This document shows positions 15,001 to 36,891 of a stretch of 64,000 nt of DNA, piece after piece. How positions within the stretch are numbered: the stretch's first letter is position 1; each line of letters opens with the position of its first letter. Made by a program: the position numbers and the translations under genes. Origin of the DNA: Raillietiella orientalis (taxonomy: Eukaryota); assembly GCA_036172245.1 (NCBI GenBank), contig JAYWIR010000023.1:2976001-3040000 (forward strand). Reading direction: 5' to 3'. The notes under the pieces were generated by a model that was not told the DNA's origin, did no database searches, and saw only the letters and a list, made by a program, of their open reading frames with translations.

Positions 15001-17943
15001 TATTGTGTTTTGCCCTTATAATTACATTATCGATCCATCCATTAGAAGAAGTGTAAGAATTCTTTGATTTTTTGGACTTTGAACAGGGAGAGTTTAGTCG
15101 CTCTCCTTAACCCAGATCTTAGAAGATTGAAAGCGAGAGCAAATGTTATTGAGAGCAATCGAGTTGATTTTTTCTCATTCTACTTCAATGACTTGCCACG
15201 GTGTCGTGGAAATTGCAATAAAAATAAAAATAAAAAATGGACTTGTTAAATAACAGTAGCCTGATGAAAGATCGCCAAAGCTTTCACGGCATTTTGAATT
15301 ACAGAATGTATAGAAAGTGGATAAAAACATGAGATGCGAAATGAACGACGAAGTGGACTTTCAAGTTTTTTACTCATGGGTTTTCCATTTTTAGTTGCAA
15401 TTGAACTTGCAAGGCCATGTTTTGATAATGGATGAAGCACACAATATAGAAGATTGTTCACGTGAAGCTGTCAGTAGCAGTTTCACGCAGGATTTTTTCC
15501 GTTATGCTATTCGTAATCTCGAAGAGATAGCTGGAGTTGGGTACCATGTCGATGCTCACAACTGGCTGGTAAGGAGAGCAAAGGAATTCACCAGATCCAA
15601 CATCCCAGGCCAAAATGCTGTCTTCGTTGTGCAACTGGATGGATCGTCAGGAACTGGAGCATTACCGGGAATCCGATCAACGTAGCCACATCATGACGGG
15701 AACAGAAATGGCAGCCCATTTGCAAAACTTGGGCTACGGCCTAGAGAAAACAGATGAAATGCTGGTGAGAGTAGATTTGTTTTTGTTTTTGTTTTTTCAT
15801 GTTTATATGTAGAAAAACATAGCTCTGGTGTCGAAAAGGAATCAGAAAGATGAAGAGTCAGAAGTAAAACGCGTGAGCAAACGTACTGTCAAGACACTGG
15901 AAGACTGGGCACAATTCGTGCAGTTTTTAAACATGGAAGGCAAGGTTCATCTGGAAGACTTCCGTGTTGTTATCATCCGTAGCAGAACGGAGGAAATGGG
16001 TAGCCCCGTGAGTAATTTCAAAGTGGTGCTCATGATTTACTGACTTGCAGAAAAAGGATTCGTGGCTGCGCGCAAAGCAAAAGGTCGGGTGGCTCCTGAC
16101 GTTGCACGTTTGGTGCCTGAATCCTGCGCTGGCCTTCCAGCAGCTCAATCAGCTTTTGCGATGCATCATCCTCACATCGGGCACCCTAGCCCCTGTCGAC
16201 TCATTTCAGTCCGAACTAGATGTGTCCTTTTCGATACTGCTCGAGGCCAATCATATCATTTCCTCGAACCAAGTCTGGGTTGGTGCAGTTGGCTGTGGTC
16301 CCACCGGAAAGCCTCTGCAAGGAGTGTTTCAGCAAGTGGAAACGTTCGCTTTCCAGGATGAATTAGGCGGCTCCCTCCTCCAGCTGTGCCACACCATACC
16401 GTTTGGTGTCTTGTGCTTTCTCCCATCATATCGACTATTGGAACAGTTGGTTAATAGGTCAGGCAGTGTGTAGAAATCCCGAGTCAACTCGTTTGAAACT
16501 AGATGGAAAACCACGGGGTTGTGGAACCGGCTACAGAGGATCAAGCAGGTTGTCGAGGAACCGCGTAACAGTGATACACTCAATAGTGTCATGGAGCTGT
16601 TCTACAAAGCCGTCAGGGCTAAGGGAGCTTTATTTTTGGCAGTGTTCCGAGGAAAAGTCAGCGAAGGACTGAACTTTGCCGACAATAATGCACGGGCCGT
16701 AATAGTCGTGGGTATTCCCTTTCCCAACTACCGTGACCTTCAAGTGCAGCTGAAACGTGAATATAATAACCAGCGTCAGCATAAGCTTCAGTCCGGATCT
16801 CAATGGTATGAAGTACAGGCATATAGGTGAGGTCAACTTTCATTTAAAGCAGCATTTGTGTCTTAGAGCTTTAAACCAGGCGTTGGGACGCTGCATTCGA
16901 CACAGAAAAGACTGGGGTGCCTTACTGTTGCTTGATCAACGTTTTGTTACCTCCTCGAGGCACTCTAAAGGTCTATCCAAGTGGGTGCGGAATAAACTAT
17001 GCACCTATAACAATTTCGAAAGTACCCTCAAGTCTCTGGATTCTTTTATACAACAAAATCTTCGCTCTGCCCTGCTCCCCTCGCCTTCAGATAACTGTGA
17101 ATCCCGTTTCAAAACCAGTTCTGTCCGGGATGAGATTCAGTCCCAAATAGAAAACGTAACCAGCAAAGCCAGTAAAAATGTCTTTTCATCCAAAACCGAA
17201 TCTTCTGAAGGGAGGTACTGTAAAAGATCTCGGTTGACGGTGAGATACGAAGCCGCAACTCGGGAAAAGGAAACCCGTGATTCGACTTGTAAGCCTTTTT
17301 CTTCTTTTTCGTAAACTGATTCTTATTTCATATTTGTTCAAATTTGACAGTTTGTTCGTCAGCCCAAAGAACTGATGCTTTTCCATATTCTGGAGACAAG
17401 CCTTTAGCGGCGGACGCTTTGGGAAGTCGTGTGATTGCGGACAACGACACGGTGAAGCAAGGTTCAGATCTCGGTTTAGGTCCGCTCACACCCGTCCCTC
17501 CTGTCGAAAGTCGTAAGCTCATTTGGCCTCAAAGAGGGAATCTGTCGAGCTTACTTTTGGCACGCGACGTGCCTCACGTATCTCCAGTTGGTGCTTATGA
17601 ACCCGCTTTTAGAAATCTAGGTCGATCGATTGAGGATGAGACAATGGAAGAATCAGATCTCTTGAACAGAATAGAAAAATCACATACGTTGCAGTTTTCT
17701 ACCCCCGGAAACGATGTTCCCCCTGTTTCTATGCATCCCCAAACTAAGGACTGTACGATTGACTCCAGAGTGGAAGTTTCCGCGACATGCTGCTCCAAGC
17801 TAGTTGATGTTAACTGCAGCACGCAGGATACTCAATTGTCTACAGATCTGCTTCAATCGAGTGATAATGAAACTCCGAAGGTGAAGTCACGATTAAGTTT
17901 ATCACAACGGCACAAGACGTTTGCTCAAGTCAAAAAATACTAA
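3025..17943 (+). CDS. BRIP1: Fanconi anemia group J DEAH Fe-S DNA helicase (FANCJ/BRIP1/dog-1), 16 coding exons
   Basis: Exons with continuous phase: 3025-3108 ([29 protein letters not shown] motif), 3794-3905 ([11 protein letters not shown], Walker A), 7331-7405, 9869-9958, 13042-13097, 13150-13229, 13316-13405 ([15 protein letters not shown]-type rather than RTEL1 ASRTHSQ), 14611-14749, 14837-15052 (Fe-S cysteines in RCCVHP, ELC, TCAYY, ACPYY), 15395-15568 (DEAH), 15609-15764, 15813-16007, 16051-16457 (LTSGTL), 16503-16826 (RGKVSEG), 16867-17288 (QALGRCIRH), 17351-17943. Exons 3-6 encode a low-conservation linker and are less certain. Confidence 0.93.
4990..6482 (-). mobile_element. Internally deleted Tigger/pogo-like DNA transposon (Tc1/mariner superfamily) in FANCJ intron 2
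   Basis: TIRs CAGTGGACTCCCACATAACGC (4990) and its near-perfect reverse complement ending at 6482, with flanking TA on both sides and repeated subterminal CGTATAACG motifs. The minus strand encodes a decayed CENP-B/Tigger HTH N-terminus ([19 protein letters not shown]...[18 protein letters not shown]...[12 protein letters not shown]) joined to an acidic Tigger-like C-terminus ([26 protein letters not shown]). No DDE domain is visible. Confidence 0.85.
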
Positions 17944-17951
17944 TCAGAAAC

Positions 17952-17967
17952 AATAAAAACTTTTATT
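17952..17967. terminator. Back-to-back polyadenylation signals of FANCJ (+, 17952-17957) and dynamin (-, 17962-17967)
   Basis: AATAAA on + 8 nt after the FANCJ stop; TTTATT (AATAAA on -) 9 nt after the dynamin distal stop. Confidence 0.7.
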
Positions 17968-17976
17968 TTTGATTCT

Positions 17977-25618
<7,642 letters not shown>

Positions 25619-28600
25619 TGTAACAGGAAAAATCACAAGTTTACACTATAAGAATACACTGTTGCAAGATGATATGCTGAATGAGAGCTCAAGAATATAT
25701 GCTGCTCATTTAAGGCATTCTCCACTGCCATTACTTCCAACACATTGTAGAAGAAATACATTTTTTGCACTTATTATTTTGATTTTTACTTGGCATTTTT
25801 AGTCCCTGAAAAGACAAAATGAAATCACACAATGAACATGTAAGATAGGCAACATTTTAAAGCTAACTGGAAATTGTCAAATGATTCAAATTAAGAATTA
25901 CCACAAACTGGATTGATGATTAAATGCGACAATCTAATGATATTTCTATATGAAGTAATAACAATTACCATGGCTGCATTTTTTTTTTTTACAATGTAAT
26001 TGCAGTTCACAATTCTGTGAGAAATAACAGCATTTAACCTGACAATACATGATGGCTAATTTAAATCATAAACGCAAATTTCGTACTGAGATAATCTGAA
26101 AACTTATTTTTGTCTACCAAACATTGTACTGGATGGAATCCATGAATTTCTGATGAAAAACTGCCTTGACAGAACTTCCAAAACTTGGAAATTTGGAAAA
26201 TGAATTGAGCTACATAAATAATCTGCATTTAATGTGTAAACAGGTTCAGAAATACATGCTTTTCATGGTTTCATAAATATGCATAGCCCATTCGTGTTTG
26301 CACGCTAACTCAATGTCGGAAGTCAATCTCAAAATCACCGAAATTCGACATTACAAGATACGTGATTTTGAACATCTCGTTCGATAAAATGAAGTTAGAA
26401 ATGAAATACCTAATACATAACTATAGGTGCATAGTCTTCAATGCTAATGGGCTTGGATTCGAATACCAACTGAACGATCGGTGACTTTACCGATTTACCA
26501 TAACCAGGTAAAAAAAATAATTCCAGGATATACATCCCACCACAACCTGTTTGCAAATGGGCAGAAATTAAAAAAAAAATTCACTAGAAATGCAAGGATT
26601 CATATACTTTTCTTGTAAATTTCCAATGTCTTAGAAAAAAAAATTGTAAAGCAATTACACAAAGGCCATCAGAAATTGGTGCAACGCTAATTTTTTGGGA
26701 AATGAAATCATGCAGCAAACGTTTTTAAATCTTGATAACGGTGATTTCGGGACCAAAGCGAGCTAGGTGTTTTCTTAAAGTGCACTGATCCATTTCAACA
26801 TTGGTTTGCTCCAGTCACTCAACGGTATGTGGAAAAAAATGGCACAAATTGGAGCTCTTTATGAGATCTGTACGACACGGTCAATACATGCGCAGTCATT
26901 ACAGCCCGTGTAATCCACTACAAGCAAAAAAAAAAAAAAAGATTATCCTCGTAAAATAAACAACGGCTCCCTTTTACTTGAAAACGAAATGGTTGCAACT
27001 TTTTCCAAGAGACTCGGCGAGCACAGGTTTCAAAACAGTTCAGAAACGCCCACCAAAAGTGTCGCTTTGGTCTCCTGCACAAAATCAATCGAAGGGAAAA
27101 CAAGGGATACGTTCGAAACACTGCAAACGGGACCGGGAACACTTCTCGGGGCCCAAGCAGGCTCACTGAACTCCAAGAATCATTGATCAGTTCACCGAAA
27201 AGGAAGCTCCCCAGGAAAACTGCATCCACCGATGAGGGTGGTAGTGGTTTCGGGAGTTTCCCCCTGCTCGAATCACCCAACTTCGACTCTGAAGTTCATC
27301 CCCAAATAAATAAAATTAAAAAAAAAAAAAAATAGAAATCAATGACGAACTTCGAGTTTAAATACATTCACGCGTGAATGCGTTCAGTGCCAACTGAATA
27401 AATTAAACCTCCGTCAAAATTCATCCTAGTCTTATCAATTACTAAGAAAAAAAATTTGAAAATCCTTTAGTAAGCAGATTTTTTGGTTTTTATGCATTTT
27501 TGTCAAACATGTTTGCTACAGTGAGCAACGATGTTACAGATTCAAACGAGATGAAAGTCTCATCCATTAGCATCCTCCGACGGAATGATTCAACTTGAAT
27601 TGCAACTTTCGGTGCGGAAAAGTGGGCACACGTGATTACAAGGCGGGCTGAGAAAAAACATAAACCAGTACTTGATACCTAATTTGAACTAATAAAAATT
27701 CAACATTTTTTTTTTGTTTAATGCCAAGCCCTTCAAAATTTACTTGAAGAGGATTAATGCAAAGCATCCGTAAAAATCATAATTAACATATATTTGTGTG
27801 TGTTCAGAAAAGAGATAAGCAATAAGCAACTCCAGGGTTCACATGCTTTACAAATTATAGATACTTCAGAAACATTTCTCAACGGCGAACACTGCAGGAT
27901 CTTTTTCTCTTTGTTTAGTTCCGAAAAGAATTCATCTGCTTCCTCAGGATCCTCGGTTCATTTCTAGATAAACCTCTTTCTCTAAGACATGATTTCTAGT
28001 GGTAAAATTGACGGCATTTCGAATCTAATCCCTGAAGTTCTATTTACTCCTTTCATTACAGTATTATATTTTTTGAGAATTATTCTCAGATTTAGGTAAT
28101 CATAGGTGCAAATTTTCAACAAAGTAATTACTAATGAGCAAGTTATTCTTTAGGGTGAGCATAACAGGATATGATTACATGAAACGTTGGTGAAACTTAT
28201 TAATAGAACGTTTTGATTACGAAAAAAATCGATACAGATGAATGAGAGAATTTAAACTTGAATTATCTACTGGCCTCCATTAACACCGATAAGACATGGC
28301 ATCACAAAAAATGAGCTATTATTTCATGAAATGTTTCACTGCAACAGTCATCGTGGTCGTGTTCCATTGACTGATTCATCTTTTTCATTCATTAGTATTG
28401 CTTGAACCCTTTCGATTCTAGTCCCATAAATTCCACTTATGCATCTCTGTCTCTGCCTCATGTACATCTAAGTGTCCTATTTTATGAACATTTGGTTTTA
28501 ATCCCTTTGTTTCATTTTTCTGAATGGCTCATGTGTGCCAAGAAATTGTCGATATTAACATTAAAAGGTAAAAAAAAAAAAAAAAAAAAAAAAAAAGACA

Positions 28601-30249
28601 ATCATAACCACTGTGCTTTCGTCATCATAATGCATCTATTAGCGAAAACCATTCTGTTCCTCGTATTGAGCACAATTAACTGAGATTTCCTCACCATCTC
28701 TCCTAAAAGATTTTTTCCCTTATCGAATTTAATGCGATTAGATTCAGGCAACTTAACAAACGCATTGCATGATGTACTTAAAGTTAGATGCACTTGAAGA
28801 GGCTGAATTTGTATAACGTCGAAACTATGTACCGAAAATGTGTCTTCTTTTTCCACCATTGGATCCAACACTAAACACAACCGGAAACAGGCTCACAGAA
28901 TTAAAGTGTTGCTCGCAAGCTGATTTAGGCGAGGACGTGTAAAAACACACTAAGAACATATGACCGAAAAATGAAAATTGCTCTTGGTTGTAAAATTGCT
29001 CAGAAATCACGCACTCTATGAACGTTTGTGCATCCGGTAGGATTTCCTAGAGTGGAATGGAGATGGAAATTCCCAGAGTTGGATACTAAATTAAAACACA
29101 GTAAAATGGATAAAGGATCAAATCACAATAAAAAGGTAAACAACTCCAGAAGTTCATATTAAAGAGGGTTACTTTTTTACTACATTTTCGACAGTAAAAT
29201 GACAAAACATGGAAGCACTGGACAAACAAAGCATGAGGAAATGCAAAAACATTGAAAAAGATAATACTACCATACAAAAGTGGCTGCAAGCAAACAAGGA
29301 GCAAAAAGAAGAGGAAAGAAAATGGAACAGGTGCAGAGATTTAAGAGCCCACACCCTTGCAAAATCGCCCCCACCCTTGCAAATCAGTCCATTAAACAAA
29401 TGGGGATCGTAATTGAAAATTATCAGCCTGGACTTTCATCACCTTTATTTAAAAAATGGGGATAGTTGCTATTGCATCATTTGACGTTAGCGGCGATGGT
29501 CTGAAACCATGAGCCGTGCGTTCCTCAAGCTTCAAAGTAAAGTCTTTAGCAAAGTGAACAAACGCGGCCGGCAATGAGCTAGTATATGGGTAGAATCATT
29601 GCATCTGGTGGCATCGTACTTTATTGTTTTTGCATTCCTTTAGCAAATTGCGACACTTCTCTGGTTTTTGTTTATGAAGGATTTCCTTTTTTACATGTTG
29701 GTGCTTATTCTCCGACCTAGAGTACATGTGAAACGATATATTTTCTTTTTTTAAAAGAGAAAACAACGAACTTAAAGACGGATGCCAAACAGTCAAAGGG
29801 GATAGATTACATGGTTCAAAAGAAGTGCTTTAATAAGTCTCCTTAATTGATAGATAGCACCCCCGATTTGTTGAAGAACTGCCCATGATTCCAAAGAGTA
29901 AACTTCTTGAAGGCGTTTCGAAACTTTCAAGACTTATGCTGAAGACGTATAAGAAAAGAACATATCAAGAATCATGACAGAACTGAAGATCAGAATTTTT
30001 TAAAGAGTTTTCTGAATAGAAATTGCTTGAAGGCATGATACGTTTAACCCTTGTCCAGAATTTTATAGTTTATCCAATTGAGCAGAAATACTTCACCAGC
30101 TTGCCACGACGCCATTTGATCAAAACTGACGAAATTACATGCCTAGATAAAGAGAAAGACTCTGAAGACACGAGTCTCCCCACGAACACTGTCGTTCAGA
30201 AATTCTTCAAGATCACAACTTTTAGACTACTTGAACAGTGCTTGCAAAA

Positions 30250-31470
30250 GCATTTTACGACCACCCTTAGCAGCTAACGAGACCAAGGGATCAATGCGTT
30301 GCGTTGTTTTCAAAATGCTACTTTATTTATTTGGACCCTATTTCAAATTGACGAAATCATTTTGAGATCGAGTTCTAAGCACAGAATACTGACGATGGCA
30401 TTTGCCCTGAATGAACGAAATCATTGCGATAAATTGAGATGATAGGAACTTTCAGTTCGGAAGCTCGTTTAATCTTGGAACTTGACAGGGATGAGAACCC
30501 CAACAAGTGTCTACAACAGTGTCGTGGAAAAAGAAAATTCATGAGCAGCTTAGTCGTGAAATGGATCACTTCGCAGCATTACTCATCCACAAATGCTGCA
30601 AGGAAGAGCACTAAAAGAGAATCACATTTCGAGGAATGTTATCGCGTTGGATGTTGGATCTAATGGTTTTCAACTATAATCAGGCATTCAGGAATGCCAG
30701 TACTATTAACTTTGATTCGTCACTGCATTCGTACCTTTGAGTATATTCGCTGGTTGATCAAAGCCTTTGGAGGTTACGTAGGAAATCCTGTTTTTGCAAA
30801 TATACAGAATATATTCAAGCTGATAACAGGTGGAGATTGCTGAACACTCGGATGGATGTGCATCCGTAGAAAAGAGAGAAATACACAGCTCCAGAGTCTG
30901 CTGAGGTATAAAGTCGTCTTAATTAAACAGAAAAAAAAAGCACGAATGCCAAATGTGGCCTCTTCACCAGGTCGTTACACATGTGAAACTCTAGTCTCAA
31001 AACCAGAAACCGAGGTGACAGGTTCCAACTGTTTGAACTCTCTCACTTGTATTCGTATAAACGTGTTTCGAGTACCATGCTCATGAATGGGATACAAGGC
31101 TAATGAAAAGGAAAATTGAAACTGAAAGCGCCGATCGCAATGCATACGAATGGCATCTGTGGGCAAGCATGCCACTTTATGACAAAGCAGAAGTCGAATT
31201 GGAATTCGGACCTTTTATGTGTATTCGAGTCCGACTGCATTATAGGAGATTACAACGCTAATTGTCTTTGGAAAGGGGTCTTTAAAAAGAATAGTTTCCG
31301 GTGATAACCATGGACAGAAGTCCCGAAATTTGGACTGAGAAGAGCATATTCGCTTCCTGTAAGGAAGAGTCTGCTTGAAAACTATTAAATTAGGAGCACC
31401 AGGAAAATCCTTCGGGCACATGATTTAACGGAATTCTTTTTCCAAGTTCTCAAAGACAGCATTATATCAT
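30250..31470 (+). mobile_element. Heavily decayed Helentron-like remnant (Pif1 helicase C-terminal motifs followed by an APE endonuclease)
   Basis: Fragmented translations in order: WTLFQIDEIILR...MAFALN...IGTFSSEARLIL (Pif1-like), TLGWMCIRRK (cf. LAWACTIHK), then HTNGICGQACH...SDLLCVFES and CIIGDYNA (APE-like). Many stops and frameshifts; boundaries approximate. Confidence 0.4.
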
Positions 31471-34400
31471 GAATTTATTGCCTGTGTGCCTGTATTAACC
31501 AAATGGAAGCAAAGGTTAGATGTTTTTTTTCATTGAGATTCCTTTTTGAACCTGGTTGATTTAGATGTATGAGTTTCATGCATTTATCCAAATCCGCTAA
31601 GCATACATAAATGTATTATTCGATTTTGAGATCCAATATTTAAGCTGTCGTTGCCATCATAATTAGCCATGTTCTGGTTATTCTAGTGAATCCAATAATA
31701 AAAATCAAGCATATCCATGCACTCAACGTAATGAAGAATGAAAATTCATTCGATGTCAAAATTTGACATCAAAGGAACCTTGATATTTGAAAATTTCAAG
31801 AATTTTTGTTTCCTGAAATAATATTGTTATTCATAGTGCTGCAAACTCCATCTGAGAATTTTGCAAGGGAAACTGGTACTAGCCAAAACAAGGAAACCGC
31901 ACATATAATTCACTCAGGCACTGAGAACATGAATGGGAGAGAAAGGCCTTCTGTTTGAATCAAGGAGACACAGTGATAACACTCAATGAACATCTTGCGT
32001 TTTGGGTTTTTCAAGCAAGAGACTCAGGAGGCTGCGATCACCAAAGGATTTCAACACAGTCAATCTTTGTACGAATGGCAAAATCCAGTATTTCCCAAGT
32101 AGGAGGTTCAAATACGTGGGTTAGCTTTTTAGTAGTTTACGTAGTTCAAGAGTATAGTTAGTATAGTCAGTAGTAGCCTGCAAGCATATGGAATCGCCTA
32201 GAAACGATTTTATTATTCTTAGGATGTGTCATACAACGAATTTCCATCACAGTGGGAACGGTAACCTTGTAAGGTGAACACATCACGTCGGTCTTTAAAT
32301 AAAATCAGATAAGCTAAGAATCAGATAAACTTCCTCTAAGGGTAAATGAACTTCCAGGTTTAATAATTCATTGGAGAACACGTGTGTAAATCGTTTCAGA
32401 AGGCACTCCGACTGAAAGTTGGTTCATGTAGATCGGTGGGTGCAATCCAAAACTGTTCCAGAAGTTTCGAAATAGGTCAGGAATCGCTCCCAAGTTTCCA
32501 ACCAAGTTCAGCAATTTCACCATATGGTGGAAACAACGAAGTAAAAGCGCTTCAAAAGTTCTAAACATTTTCTCGTATTCAGTGGGCTCATCTCGTACAT
32601 TCTTATTTTTATTTGCGGTTATTAAATTAATGTCATAATTCAATTCGAATCCGATTACTAACTTATTTCATAGTACGGCAGAAATCCACTTCCCAATTAA
32701 GCTAGGTACCTCGACTCCATTAGCATATTGCATTAATTAGGACATTAGATTTTATCAGGTTGCTCATATTTGCATCAGATGTATACTTGGATCTGGTTTT
32801 CCGTTTTCTATTATTTTCGCTTGCAAATGTGATCTGAGACACAAATTGGTTGAGAAGTCCACACACTTCGAGGACCAATGCTTCAATATCAGCAGTTCAG
32901 ACTGGCTAAGTGACTAATGAATGAATTTCATTTAAAGTTTTAATATTGGTGATGTCTTAGTGTGCCAAATAAATTTCAGAAGTTTCTGAAAGTAAGAAGA
33001 GAATACATGCCTTTGAACTTGCATGCTTTACTAAACAACCGAATGCAACCTCCATTTCCAAATCCAATTTCCAAAACACAATTTATTCTGCTAAGATATG
33101 AGAAATTACCTGAACCTACATGGATGCTGTTACAACGGAACACTCCCGTAATTAAATTATACCAAAATGTATCCATCAACTTTATCCTCCAACTATGAAT
33201 TTCATTGCGATGATTGCTAATTTGCACATTTGAAGAGCAAAGCAGAAGTGCCAAGTACAAAAGCATACTAATAGCTTGGATATTTAGCTGTAAACGCTGT
33301 TTCCTACTCAGAATATGGCTTCAGGAACTTGTTCAGGATGAATATAGAAAAAAAAGGCCTTTTCGAATTTATGCTTATCTCCTAATTTAATCTGCAAACG
33401 GATTCATTTCTTCGGTCATGACAATTACAGATTATCAAGCACTATCTGATACTGTCATATCATGGAGTTATCGAAAGAGAAACCCAGACAAAAAGTTTTG
33501 CAGCTCCGTGTTTCGAAAAGCATATATTCGACTTCTGGATCAAACTGTGGATACCAATTACTTGTTTTGCAAACGTTCCACACAGTAATTGATATAAATG
33601 AACATGGTTGAAAAATTCCTAGCAAAAACTGGCCAATCAATAAGTATGTCAAGTTGAATCAGCGAATGAAAGTAAAAAATGCATACTCCAATATTCTATT
33701 TTTCGCTCGAAAATTAAAGAAATGAATTCCAGTTCCTTTATGCAATTAATAACTGTCTCGTTCATGCACCGTCAATACGAAAAATATCCAGCGGTACGTC
33801 GTGAATTAATGACAGCGATTCGTATTGATTATACTATGGATCCACCAAAAGTCTGTATTAACTACACATAATTGCTTCATGGATTCACGATGGCAATCGA
33901 CAGTTTACATGTTTATTCGATTTCTGTTGTTCAAGGTATCCTTTAAATTAACGAAACGGCTTTCGCGCGACTTCGTTGACAATTCACAGAAATTTCCTCT
34001 CGTTTTTCTCAACTTTCTCCAATGAATATAAATACCACGAACATTCCCATGCTCTCAGAAACAAGAAAATTCTTCAAATTGAGGTGCATTAACCTACAAG
34101 AGACAGGTGAGAAACGTTACATACCTTATCAAAACCTCATATCGTAAGAATTGATTCATGAAGCAGCGGTGCCATCTCGCACAAACATTTTGAGGAGCAA
34201 ATTGATGACTTCTGAGAGAACAGAAAATTGTAGACACAAGAAAATTCTAAAAGTTCAACTTTGTTGGCGAATAATTTCATCATAAAGAATTTAATCAACT
34301 GCGAAAAACCTATATATATTTAGAAAGTATAGAATCCTAAGAATTTTCATAGAAAACTTTTTCCCCTAACTCGGGTCTATTGACTCCAATTTACACTCTC

Positions 34401-36891
34401 AGCTAAGATGTTGATTTCATGTGTTCTTCCTATTAGAATTCGTATCAATTCATTACACTGATTAGAATAGAACATAGATGCATGTCTTTCAGAACGAGCA
34501 ACTAATACAAATTACTTGTCGAAAACATTTACATCATTCGTGAAAAGTTTAAAGGAAAACAGCATTCATGAAAGTTCGTTGGAATCAAATGTCATAACTT
34601 TAAACATATAATCTTATGCTGAATTTAAAAATTGTTTTTTTTGTTTCTTGACAGTTGTCCTAAGTTGTTAGGAGAATAACCACTGAGCGCCTACAATTCA
34701 CACAAAGTATCATTTCACTAGGATTAATTAAAAGAGTATTCAGAGGTGGATTCAAGAAAGTTCACCTAAAATTTGATAATACAGATCACTTATATGTGGA
34801 TTTTTTTGCAATTATAATTTGTTTCTGCTACATAGATCTAAGAATCATTTTATAATGTCTACAGGGCAATACTTTCCCATGACCTTATTGTCGAAAGGAA
34901 ATAATTTCAGTTAATGTCAGTATTTCATGATTGCGTGGACTGAAAATAAGAGTTTGTTTACTGTAATTCCTAATTAGCACTCTACACAAGAGCAACAAAT
35001 TTTTTCACCCTCACATTTTTCAAAACTCTGTTTATTTTTCTAGGACTTCATTTGATAGATTTTCTCATTGTTTTCTAATTGCATCATACTGTTCTTTCTC
35101 ATTCAAGTTTATTTTAATTTATTTATTAGTCTTGTCTATTTAGTATTGAAATCTAATTATATTTTTCTTCAATCGATAACTTCTCCAATACCCCCCGTTT
35201 TCTATATCATCACAGAATGTGTTTTCAATTCTCTATGCATTTTTGTGAATCCTTTCCTCTATGTGTGGATGAACGAAAAAATCAGTTCTTTTCTGTAAAT
35301 CAGTTCATTAAACATTTCTTTTAAATTAAGAGAAGTTTAATATAAAATTATGGATGTAAAGTAATTATAAGGTTTCTGCATAGAGAAAGATAAGTTAAAT
35401 ATCAATGCCTCTTCGAAACTTTAATATAATTCACTGCGGCTTATTTACACACTTCTATGTTAGATAATCTTGAAATTAGCTGAATGTGAGAACTCTATAC
35501 CTTTCTGAGTAGTTCAGGGAATTCAATATTCAATTATTTTCTGTTGTTTACTGTAATTAATATTATTTGATAAAATAAATAGGAAATCCTAATTGAATCA
35601 GTTTCAGGTTTTGTTCAAGGTACAAGAAATTTGGTAAAAACTTTCTTTTTATAAAAGCAGCCTCATTTTTTCAGGACTTATCACACAGGTATATATTTCA
35701 GGTGACTATTTAATTGTAATCAACTTTCGTGTTAGCGTCCATATTTTTGTTAGTATTTGCATTCAACTACAATGATAGTCCTACATTCAACAGTGGATGA
35801 ATAAAACGCATTTATTCAACATAATTTAAGCTGCAACACATTTAGCCATTCATAAGAAATACAGAAGATGGAAGCAATGGGGCATATTTCTAGATGAGAA
35901 GAAGGATAATCCAAGAAAAACTTATCCATTGAGCATGGATGTTTGGATGGTATTTGCTAAAAAAAGTCAACCCGATGAGTGAGGAAATTGTTTTTTCAAA
36001 ATTGAGCGTTTCAGTTGAAGAGTTTACAGTTTACAGTTGATTAATGATAACTATCTGTCTTCTAAGAGAATTCTCACATTTGTGTGTTAAACTTTCTAAA
36101 TCTAATTTCTTAAAGAGATCTAATCTAATTTCTTATACATCAGTCCGTTAAAAGATTCTTAAAATCTTGGTTTCCAGCAGAAACTCCGAGTTCAGAATTG
36201 AATTCAACTCATCACATTAGAAAATCCTCATATGGCTCCAGTGGACAAAAAAAATGATTTGTATGTATCTGTGTAAAAGTGCAGATAGATTTTCCATAAG
36301 CCTAGTGCAACAGCGTAAAACATTCTACCTCAGCCATCGATGCTGTTTCTCAGTTATAAATGTTTGAGAACTATTTGTGCAACCAGAAAAGGAATTTTTA
36401 AATATTTGTACATACAGTTCTGTCTGGTTATTTAATTTCATGACATAATGTACTTTTTTCTAGCTTCTTTTTTTTTTTTTTATGTCTTATCATAGATTCT
36501 CATGTTTACTAAATTAATATCTTTCTTGAGGAATAGCTTTTTTCCTTTCATATAATTGAGAATTCTAAAGGAATTGCTACTGAGAGTTAATATTAAGAAT
36601 TCATTCTTGAGATTATTCGAAATTATCAGAAAGAAAATATTTTCTTGAAATGTTTCAATTGCTGAATAAGCACATGCTGTTTAAATACACTTGGTAAACT
36701 TAGCGGGAAGAATGAATCTCTTCAAAGTACGAATCGTGGGAAAATTGAGCATTCTGTATGATTTCGCTGCTGAATACTTTTATCTCGATGTTAAAAAATT
36801 TTGGTAAAAAGCAGAGTTATTCGGAAGCATGATGATGATTTCCCTGGTGAGCTCGATTTTAAACTACAAAGACAAGTTGTAGCCTTATAAA

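Noticed and set aside
14795..15115. U12-like branch motifs TCCTTAAC in two FANCJ introns
   Set aside because: The corresponding donors (GTGACT, GTAAGA) are U2-type, with no RTATCCTT.
26440..26480. tRNA/SINE B-box-like GGATTCGAATACC
   Set aside because: No cloverleaf or convincing A-box; no second copy recognised in the window.
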